From Eubacteriales bacterium (GTDB taxonomy: Bacteria > Bacillota > Clostridia > Oscillospirales > CAG-272): 64,000 bases of DNA. Under the pieces are notes generated by a model. It did not search any database, was not told the DNA's origin, and saw only the letters and a list, made by a program, of their open reading frames with translations. Below, piece by piece: positions 27,915-35,030 of this stretch; within the stretch, counting starts at the first letter, position 1, and each line of letters opens with the position of its first letter. The translations under genes were made by a program, and so were the position numbers. The stretch lies in contig JAZRLS010000062.1 in the NCBI GenBank assembly GCA_045646945.1, positions 26,618 to 90,617 of the forward strand. The letters run 5' to 3'.

Positions 27915-28913
27915 TCATTTTTTGTTCTTCTTTTGTTTTTTAATGATTGTCTTTAAACTTTTTGGAATAACTTTTTTTATAATCTTTTTAACCCTGCCCT
28001 TTAAACCTATAAAGCGATTTACAGCGGAAATGAGGTTATGTTTTGACAACAAATCAGCAAATACGTCGCGTTTGTCATTTGGCTTTTTTGACATAATTAC
28101 CATCTTGTTTTTTTCTACTGCTTTTTCAAAAGTTGTATGAAATAGTTTTATTCTAGGGGTGGAGTTTATAAAGGCATCTCCCTTTTCTGTTTCCGCAAAA
28201 ATAGATGAAACACCATATTTATTCCAATATACATCACTACAGGTTGCTCCCCAAAAATCACCAATCATAATATCGCCTTGTCTGTTATTCCCTTTAAATT
28301 GGCAATTATAACACGATGGTTTTCCCAAAATGGAAAAAGCATATCCATATTCAGTTTCATAAAAAGGTTTTTGATATATTTTTCCGTTATCAAATTTTGC
28401 ATATAGATACGAAGGTTGCCATGCATCTAATTTGTGTCTTACCGAAAAGTCTATTACTTTGCTTTTGTACTTTTTTTCCAAATATGCTATGTAGTCAAAA
28501 TGAACTTTGGCATATGTTGGGCCATGACATATCAGTTCACAGGTTATAAGATTCTCTGGCTTTGCACCTATGAATGTGTATAATGCTGCGATAATGCAAG
28601 GCAAACCAAAAAACAATACTACTTTCCCTGTATCAACTAAATTTTTCACATCAGCGTAGATGCCTGTTTTATCACAATCGATATATTTAGATCCTTTCAG
28701 TTTGTATAAGTCCGATATATCGTCGATAATAATGTATTCTGCTTTGTAAAAATCCTTGCTGTACGCAACTCCGACAACATAGCCGTCTTGCGACAAAACA
28801 AATTCACTTAATGCGGTAGCTATACCACCAGAAGCACTTTGTAGCAATTTGGCATCATTATCCAAATACCCTCCGTATACAGCAACATCGTGTTTGTTGT
28901 ATTCTTCATACAT
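27915..28913 (-). CDS. Coenzyme F420 hydrogenase/dehydrogenase beta-subunit (FrhB/FdhB)-like protein
   Basis: SASGGIATAL N-domain motif, Cys cluster (CELICHGP, CYNCQFKG), Lys-rich tail. RBS AAGGAGG 8 nt before ATG 28913. Confidence 0.55.
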   Translation of the reverse strand: MYEEYNKHDVAVYGGYLDNDAKLLQSASGGIATALSEFVLSQDGYVVGVAYSKDFYKAEYIIIDDISDLYKLKGSKYIDCDKTGIYADVKNLVDTGKVVLFFGLPCIIAALYTFIGAKPENLITCELICHGPTYAKVHFDYIAYLEKKYKSKVIDFSVRHKLDAWQPSYLYAKFDNGKIYQKPFYETEYGYAFSILGKPSCYNCQFKGNNRQGDIMIGDFWGATCSDVYWNKYGVSSIFAETEKGDAFINSTPRIKLFHTTFEKAVEKNKMVIMSKKPNDKRDVFADLLSKHNLISAVNRFIGLKGRVKKIIKKVIPKSLKTIIKKQKKNKK

Positions 28914-28933
28914 TTTTGTAGCCTCCTTTTTTG

Positions 28934-29093
28934 CACTAAAAGTATAGTTATGGCTGATTTTTCCGCCATAGGAATTTTTACGGTTATCATTATATCACAT
29001 TCGCCGCCATTTGTCAATATTTCACGAATAGAATTGTGAAATATTGGCGCTTTTTCATATGAAAACAGTTTTGCTATAACTATACTTTTAGTG
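28934..29093. repeat. 21-bp inverted repeats flanking a 118-bp promoter-containing segment (candidate inverton)
   Basis: CACTAAAAGTATAGTTATGGC (28934-28954) versus the reverse complement of GCTATAACTATACTTTTAGTG (29073-29093): 20 of 21 match. Confidence 0.6.
28989..29017 (-). promoter_or_regulatory. Consensus sigma-A promoter facing the FrhB-like gene, overlapped by an 11-bp palindrome
   Basis: Minus strand TTGACA-17 nt-TATAAT. The -35 overlaps the inverted repeat CAATATTTCAC (29015-29025) / GTGAAATATTG (29036-29046). Confidence 0.6.
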
Positions 29094-29684
29094 AAAATCC
29101 AAGGTTTTTCCTTTCTTGTAGAACGCCCACAGTGGCATTCCGCAAGCCTCGGCTGCCTCTTTTGCGGGCAGTTTTTTATTTTTCCAGAGCAGATAATACT
29201 TCTCATAGTCGGGCGGTATGTGGAAGGGCGGTCTGCCGAAGCGCACACCTCGTTTCTTTGCCGCCGCAATCCCCGATGCCTGACGCTCTCTGATATTGAT
29301 GCGCTCGTTCTCGGCAACGAAGGATAAAAGCTGTAAAACCAAATCCGAAATAAACGTACCGAGCAGATCCTTGCTCTTGGTGGTATCAAGAAGCGGCATA
29401 TCAAGCACAATAATATCCGCTTTTTTCTTTTGCGTGATCTTCTTCCATTCCTCTTGAATCTCGTGGTAGTTGCGCCCGAGACGGTCAATGCTCTTGATAA
29501 TGAGAATGTCGCCCTCGTGTAAGCTGCGGTACATCCTGATATACTGCGGTCGGCAGAAGTCCTTTCCGCTTTGCTTGTCTATGTAGATGTTCGATAGCTC
29601 AATGCCGTAGGCAGTCAGCTCGTCAAGCTGTCGGTCTTCCTTTTGTGTAACGGACGATACTCTTGCATATCCTATTTTGATGAT
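29088..29684 (-). CDS. Small serine recombinase; catalytic N-terminus in frame but without ATG/GTG/TTG start
   Basis: In-frame upstream of the tracked ORF: IIKIGYARVSSVTQKEDRQ (catalytic Ser). Also IKSIDRLGRN and a C-terminal HTH. RBS AGGAGG lies 5-8 nt before the ATC codons at 29684/29681. Confidence 0.6.
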   Translation of the reverse strand: MIKIGYARVSSVTQKEDRQLDELTAYGIELSNIYIDKQSGKDFCRPQYIRMYRSLHEGDILIIKSIDRLGRNYHEIQEEWKKITQKKKADIIVLDMPLLDTTKSKDLLGTFISDLVLQLLSFVAENERINIRERQASGIAAAKKRGVRFGRPPFHIPPDYEKYYLLWKNKKLPAKEAAEACGMPLWAFYKKGKTLDFH

Positions 29685-29740
29685 GAATCCCTCCTTTCCG
29701 GCGGCGAAATGCGATATAAGATATTATATCATAAAGGGAT

Positions 29741-29836
29741 TTAACAAGTGTTTGCTTTGTGCGTCTTTTTGTAGCTGAGATAGATATCCACAAGCACCTC
29801 TATCACGGCTAAAATAATCAGCTTCAGATATTTCAT
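29741..29836 (-). CDS. 31-aa hydrophobic peptide ORF (below the ORF-track cutoff)
   Basis: MKYLKLIILAVIEVLVDIYLSYKKTHKANTC. RBS AAAGGAG 4 nt before the ATG. Lies 13 nt after the amidotransferase stop. Confidence 0.25.
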   Translation of the reverse strand: MKYLKLIILAVIEVLVDIYLSYKKTHKANTC

Positions 29837-29849
29837 AATACTCCTTTCG

Positions 29850-30794
29850 TTAGTAGCTGTAACAGCCGTAAATATAGTCCTCGATTTCATCGGGGGAGAA
29901 CCCCTCGGCTACGAGCGCATCGATCTCCGAGGACTCATACCCCTCCATCAGAGCGGCTTGTTTGAGCATAGACATGTAATCGTCCTTACTGCTCTGACTT
30001 TGCGTGGGGGTGGTAAAGCCCCATCCGTAATCGTACCAACGGCACAAGCCGTATGCCGCATATTCGTCATAGTCAAACTCGGAATAGGATAGCTCTCCCC
30101 GTGGCGTAATCTTCAAGATTTGTCCCTCTTCGAGAGGGATTTCCTCATAATGTCCGAGCTTCAAGGTGTCAAATAGCTTGGTGTTGATGACCGATTTCCA
30201 CAAGATTTCCTCGGTGCTTGCGTACACGAACAGCTTTTCCTTTGGGAAATGCAGAACGGCAATGGGATTATCACCCTTAATCAAATAAATATTACTCTGA
30301 TCGTCAAGCAGGGCAAACGAAAAGCTCCCCGACACGGTTTCAGCCATAAAGCGCAGGCTGTTCTCGTCGAGGAGCTTCTGTTGTTCAATCAGTTGCACGG
30401 CAATGTAGCTATCGGTTTCGATCTTGCTCTTGGGTAGGCGGTACTGCTTTTGCAGCTCGTCCATGTTGTATAGAACACCGTTATGAGTAAGGGCAAATTT
30501 TGTGCCTCCGGCTTTGCCGTAAAAGGGATGATTGTTGTAATTCTTCTTAGCAAGACCGTGGGTGGCGTGTCGGGTGTGTCCGATGATTGCCGATACTTCC
30601 TTGGGCGGCTTGAACGTGACCGCATATGCCGCCTTGGGAGTTTTGTCGATCACAATGCGGTTCTTATAGTGATAGGCAATTCCGCAAGCATCTGTGCCTC
30701 GTACCGAAGATTCGCTTGCAAGCTCGTTGAGAAGTGCCGCCAAGTCTATCTTTGATTCTTCCGCATAGGATGAAAATCCGAAGATTCCGCACAT
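29850..30794 (-). CDS. Stand-alone class-II (Ntn-type) glutamine amidotransferase
   Basis: N-terminal nucleophile MCGIFGF. HTRHATHG, NNHPF and HNGVLYN blocks. No fused synthase domain. Confidence 0.8.
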   Translation of the reverse strand: MCGIFGFSSYAEESKIDLAALLNELASESSVRGTDACGIAYHYKNRIVIDKTPKAAYAVTFKPPKEVSAIIGHTRHATHGLAKKNYNNHPFYGKAGGTKFALTHNGVLYNMDELQKQYRLPKSKIETDSYIAVQLIEQQKLLDENSLRFMAETVSGSFSFALLDDQSNIYLIKGDNPIAVLHFPKEKLFVYASTEEILWKSVINTKLFDTLKLGHYEEIPLEEGQILKITPRGELSYSEFDYDEYAAYGLCRWYDYGWGFTTPTQSQSSKDDYMSMLKQAALMEGYESSEIDALVAEGFSPDEIEDYIYGCYSY

Positions 30795-30795
30795 C

Positions 30796-31887
30796 TTATA
30801 TTTCCTCGCTTTCCTCTGTGATTTCGTTGATGTATAGCCGCTTGGATTTGAGATACTTGATAAGCTCGTCCTTGCCCTTGATATCGCCTACAAATTCGCT
30901 CCAAGACAGCCCTTCGATCTCAGTGTCACTTCTGTCCTTACAAACGTGGCAAAGCTCGTCCACAAGCTGTAAGGTGGCAAGGAAGGTGTTGTAATTGAGC
31001 GTTCCACGGAACAGACGAAACTCCACCGTAGCGTAATTGCAGAGGTTGACCGCAACGTATCTTCCGTAGCTTTTGTCCTTGGCATTCTTGTAGGTGTTGG
31101 CGGTGTTCTCAGAAATCCCGTAACGGCTTGCCCAACGATTGATGTTATCCACCGTTCTGCGGGAGAATTTCAAAAGCTCGTTCCAATGGTTCTCCACAAA
31201 GAAGACGATACGGGCAATGACTGACTCCTGTGCTTCTTCACTCTCACCGAATGCCGAGCGGTTGACGTGGCAGTGCAGACCGCAAGTATCGGTGTCATGG
31301 GAGCGGTATTCCATCTTGATCGCCTTTCGAAATACCTCTTGCCAATTCATACGCTCGGTATGATAATCAAGCGTCATAGGATGCGACACAAGCTCAAAGC
31401 CGTCTTCAAGGCTTCCGTCATGTTTGCAGTACAGATGCTCGTCATCACGGTTGGCTATGTACATAAGCGTATCAGCATTGTCACTGCATTCACCGCCATC
31501 GTCGATTTCAAGCTCCACGCCGATAAACAAATCGCCCTCTCCGTAGAAGATCGGAGAGGGCTTGTAATTGTAGCTTTCAATACTGCTGTCATTCAGACGG
31601 TCATAGCAAGAGGAACAGTAGTCACGGTCGGAATCCTCGTCGTAGCAGGCATCATCCTCGCAAATCAACCGACCGCAGTCCGAGCAGTGAATGAAGTTGT
31701 ATTCGTAACAGTGGTTGCAGAGGGTGTAATTGTCCTCGTGGATGGCATCACTGCGCCATATGCGCTCTCCGCAGTGTTGGCAGAGAACGGTCTTTTCTTC
31801 AAGGCAATCCTCGCACATGGTGGTTTCGTTCATGTAGTGGGTGTTTTCATCGTCGAGCGGTTTCCCGCAAAATTCGCATTTCGTCAT
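30796..31887 (-). CDS. Multi-zinc-ribbon N-terminus fused to an Amidoligase_2-type (glutamine-synthetase-like) domain
   Basis: Five CxxC pairs in the first ~95 aa. Then GVELEIDDGG, KHDGSLEDGFELVSHP, CGLHCHVNR and VEFRLFRGTLN. Its stop abuts the GATase start. Confidence 0.6.
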   Translation of the reverse strand: MTKCEFCGKPLDDENTHYMNETTMCEDCLEEKTVLCQHCGERIWRSDAIHEDNYTLCNHCYEYNFIHCSDCGRLICEDDACYDEDSDRDYCSSCYDRLNDSSIESYNYKPSPIFYGEGDLFIGVELEIDDGGECSDNADTLMYIANRDDEHLYCKHDGSLEDGFELVSHPMTLDYHTERMNWQEVFRKAIKMEYRSHDTDTCGLHCHVNRSAFGESEEAQESVIARIVFFVENHWNELLKFSRRTVDNINRWASRYGISENTANTYKNAKDKSYGRYVAVNLCNYATVEFRLFRGTLNYNTFLATLQLVDELCHVCKDRSDTEIEGLSWSEFVGDIKGKDELIKYLKSKRLYINEITEESEEI

Positions 31888-31904
31888 GGTGTTTCTCCTT
31901 TGTG

Positions 31905-32075
31905 TTAATTTTCAGATGTGCTTTCGGCACAGGCTTTGATAGTCTTCTTAACAAAAAACACCGCCCGATATAGAGCGGTGATCAGAAGCGTGGCAACAGC
32001 GGCAATGACGGCAAGCACCGCATGGACCGCTTTCTTGACGGCAGGGTGATTCTTGATTTTCTTGACGCTTTTCAT
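31905..32075 (-). CDS. 56-aa small membrane protein ORF (below the ORF-track cutoff)
   Basis: MKSVKKIKNHPAVKKAVHAVLAVIAAVATLLITALYRAVFFVKK..., one TM, same strand as its neighbours. Confidence 0.3.
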   Translation of the reverse strand: MKSVKKIKNHPAVKKAVHAVLAVIAAVATLLITALYRAVFFVKKTIKACAESTSEN

Positions 32076-32117
32076 GGTAGTTTCTCCTTTGTTTTGTATT
32101 TGATTTTTGTGTTGTTT

Positions 32118-32402
32118 TTAATACTCCTCGCAGAAGAGCATGGTTGCATGGGTTTCGTCATTGATAACGTAGATCTTCGCCGTGATCGACACATCCGACA
32201 GTAATAGATATTCCTTGCGGTAGTCCGGGCATTCCTGCGTGTGTACGATCCTCAGTTTGCCGCCCTCTGTGGATAGCTGAAATACCTGTAAGTAGTCGGG
32301 TGAAAAAGGCAGTGCGTCAATGCACTGCCATAAAAATAATTGAACGGCGAGCGGTATCTCTCGACTTACCGCCGCCGTTGCGTAACGTTGTGGTGGGAAC
32401 AT
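32118..32402 (-). CDS. Small conserved-looking hypothetical protein
   Basis: 94 aa with RBS AGGAGG before the ATG. First gene of the GC-richer minus-strand module. Family not recognised with confidence. Confidence 0.4.
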   Translation of the reverse strand: MFPPQRYATAAVSREIPLAVQLFLWQCIDALPFSPDYLQVFQLSTEGGKLRIVHTQECPDYRKEYLLLSDVSITAKIYVINDETHATMLFCEEY

Positions 32403-32490
32403 GTGTACCTCCTATGATTGTGATTTCATAGGTATGGTGTATAATTTAGAAATCTTGATATTTGATTTTTTAGATCATGGTACACTTGGC

Positions 32491-32519
32491 TTGAATTGCT
32501 ATCACATTTATGTTATAAT
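32491..32519 (+). promoter_or_regulatory. Sigma-A promoter for the NACHT gene
   Basis: TTGAAT-17 nt-TATAAT with a TGT extended -10. Confidence 0.55.
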
Positions 32520-32554
32520 AAAGTACAACAAGTATCAATAGAGGAGTTAAAACG

Positions 32555-34834
32555 ATGATTAAAGATTATTTTTTTAATTGGTGTCTTGATTTTATAAAAG
32601 ACAGACTAAAAGACAAAGTTAAATTAGGGAAAGTAAAATCTAATTTAAGCAAATATATTGACGACTGTTTAAAAGATAATGAATTATGTACAGTGGAAGA
32701 AGAATTTGATTTTCAGGGATTGTGTGATTACTTAAAAGATAGCTGTTTAGATGAAGTTAAGAAGTATATATGTTCTAATGGCGAAAGACGAAAAAGAATA
32801 AGAGAAGATATTGTTGCAAAAGCAATTGAGTATTCAAATGCGAAAATGAAAGTATCTGTCCAAAGAGTTGAAAAAATAACAAATAACGCTATTGATATTA
32901 TCTATGATTTTTATAGAAGTGAAAGTAATAATGATTTACTGTTGTTAATTGGAGAAACTCAGGAATTGATTTGTGAAACGTATGAAGCATTAAGAGATCA
33001 AAACGAAAAACTTGCAGAAGACGTTAAAGCGATCGTTAAGGATGAATCTAAAATAAGAAAAATAGAAGAATTTGATACGATTTCCACCTATATCAACACC
33101 TTCATTAAACAACAGAAAGAAAATGTTAAGAATCAAACCATATTTCCGTGGTTTAATGATTCTCCCAAGTATCGAGAAGTCTTTCCAAAATTGTTTGTTT
33201 TTCCAACATTCAAGGAAGGAAACAATAATGTCACATTAGAGAATTTAACATCTAAATCGGGAGAGAACATCGCAATTCTTGGTGATGCTGGAGCAGGAAA
33301 ATCAACTTTGTTAAGATATATATTTGCCTTTACCGAAATACCTCAATGCTCTTGTCTATATATAACAGCTAAGGATACAAAAAAGGAAAATGGTATATTA
33401 GATGTAATCTCTCTATATTCTCAAAAAAATAACAATTGTCGATATTTGATATTTATTGATGGTGTAGACGAAGCTTACCACAACGATTATTCTGGATTTG
33501 AGTTTTTAATAACAAAAATAAAAACAATTACAAATTGCAAATTTTGGCTTGGTTGTAGAACTGATTACTATAAAAAGTATTATGGAGAAAATATATGCTT
33601 TGTTAACCACAATTACGAAATTAATCCTTGGTCACCAGAGCAAACAGAAAAATTTATTCACGAATACGCGATTATTAGGAAAAATCCAGAAATAAATAAA
33701 TTTGTTGATAAATTAACCGACGGAAACGAATCGGTGGAAAAATTAAAGTCAAATCCATTTCAACTTTCTTTAATTGTTTTTTTAGCCGATATAAAAGAAG
33801 ATAAGCCAGTAATATGTATGTATGATCTGTACGAAAGGTTTATGCAAAAATGGTTTGATAGAGAGCAGAAAAGAGGGACTTGCTCTGATGAAAATAAAAT
33901 TATACTAAATAAATTACGTGAAGCTGCTAAAGCAATATATAATAATAGTACAATTCTAATTGATGATACTATTAAGAAGAATACTGCGGCTAGCGACCTA
34001 TTAGTTATTAATGAAATTGACATATACAATGAAAGATATGCATCTGCCTTCTATCATCGCAGCTTAGCCTCATTTTTGTTGGCACAGCAAACCATTGAAA
34101 TGTTATTTGGCAATGATGTTGAGCAAGTCATAAATGTTTTGTCTTATAAATTGAAAGATGATGTAACGAATTTTGTGGGAGATAAATTTTCCACCTTATC
34201 TCAAGCAGAAAAAGCTAGAATAAAAAACAATTTACATCACTTCTATAAATCGATTCCGGATGATGAAGAAAATTTAAGCGTTAGAGAACAGATTATATAT
34301 TACATAACAAGGCTTGATATTGATGTTTCAGATTTTCTTGTTGAAGTTATTAATAGTAATCCTCAACACCCTATTATGAGATTAACATTGGCATATGGAT
34401 GTGCACTTTCTGAAAATATGATAGCAAGGGATTTTGCTTTGTCATATGCAAAATCAATATCCAATGAAACAATTGATGCAATAACGAATAGAGCTTGGAC
34501 TGTTGTATATTTTGATGATATCAATAGGGATCCCTATACATATAGAGACAATGAAAAATGCCAATGGAAAAATGCAAGAATGGCGAGGATAAAAAGGTTT
34601 ACAAAAGAAGAACCAAGAGTCAAAGATTACAGATTTAGACTGTTTGACATTCCTTTGTTTTATAGTTTTTTAAACGATCGTGGGTGGAAAGACATATCTG
34701 ATGAGGAATATCGCATATTGGCAAACATCGACTTCCCATTAAATATTTTCAATTATGAAGAAATATGTTTTTTAAATGAACAAAAGGCAAAATTGTTATT
34801 TGAATATGAGAAGCATTTAAATAATAATCAATAA
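32555..34834 (+). CDS. NACHT-type STAND P-loop NTPase
   Basis: Walker A ILGDAGAGKST, Walker B YLIFIDGVDEA, NPFQLSLIV, FYHRSLASFLLA (NACHT winged-helix-type motif). ~240-aa helical N-domain and ~250-aa C-domain unassigned. Confidence 0.75.
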   Translation: MIKDYFFNWCLDFIKDRLKDKVKLGKVKSNLSKYIDDCLKDNELCTVEEEFDFQGLCDYLKDSCLDEVKKYICSNGERRKRIREDIVAKAIEYSNAKMKVSVQRVEKITNNAIDIIYDFYRSESNNDLLLLIGETQELICETYEALRDQNEKLAEDVKAIVKDESKIRKIEEFDTISTYINTFIKQQKENVKNQTIFPWFNDSPKYREVFPKLFVFPTFKEGNNNVTLENLTSKSGENIAILGDAGAGKSTLLRYIFAFTEIPQCSCLYITAKDTKKENGILDVISLYSQKNNNCRYLIFIDGVDEAYHNDYSGFEFLITKIKTITNCKFWLGCRTDYYKKYYGENICFVNHNYEINPWSPEQTEKFIHEYAIIRKNPEINKFVDKLTDGNESVEKLKSNPFQLSLIVFLADIKEDKPVICMYDLYERFMQKWFDREQKRGTCSDENKIILNKLREAAKAIYNNSTILIDDTIKKNTAASDLLVINEIDIYNERYASAFYHRSLASFLLAQQTIEMLFGNDVEQVINVLSYKLKDDVTNFVGDKFSTLSQAEKARIKNNLHHFYKSIPDDEENLSVREQIIYYITRLDIDVSDFLVEVINSNPQHPIMRLTLAYGCALSENMIARDFALSYAKSISNETIDAITNRAWTVVYFDDINRDPYTYRDNEKCQWKNARMARIKRFTKEEPRVKDYRFRLFDIPLFYSFLNDRGWKDISDEEYRILANIDFPLNIFNYEEICFLNEQKAKLLFEYEKHLNNNQ

Positions 34835-34883
34835 TAACTGGGTTTCATATAACACATTTCCGTCATCTTCGTAAACATCAAAG

Positions 34884-34920
34884 CCCTTGAAGCACTATGC
34901 TCTCAAGGGTTTTCGCTTTT
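34884..34920 (+). terminator. Rho-independent terminator after the NACHT gene
   Basis: CCCTTGA/TCAAGGG stem followed by TTTTCGCTTTT. Confidence 0.55.
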
Positions 34921-34975
34921 ATCACATCCAAGACATATAAACTCATTTAACATATCCTAAATTCGATATCTCTTG

Positions 34976-35004
34976 TTGAAAAATATCGGATAAAGTGATA
35001 TAAT
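34976..35004 (+). promoter_or_regulatory. Sigma-A promoter for the HNH-HEPN operon
   Basis: TTGAAA-17 nt-TATAAT with a TGA extended -10. Confidence 0.55.
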
Positions 35005-35030
35005 TATTGTATGGAAGGAGGCTGATTTGT

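Noticed and set aside
28820-29488. 222-aa ORF overlapping the FrhB-like gene start, the inverted-repeat element and the recombinase
   Set aside because: It is in a different frame from a clear serine recombinase, is Arg/Cys-rich, and crosses a promoter and IR region. It is not credible as coding.
29781-29790. DnaA-box-like ATATCCACA inside the island
   Set aside because: It is a single imperfect copy inside a small ORF. No cluster of boxes or AT-rich unwinding element indicates an origin.
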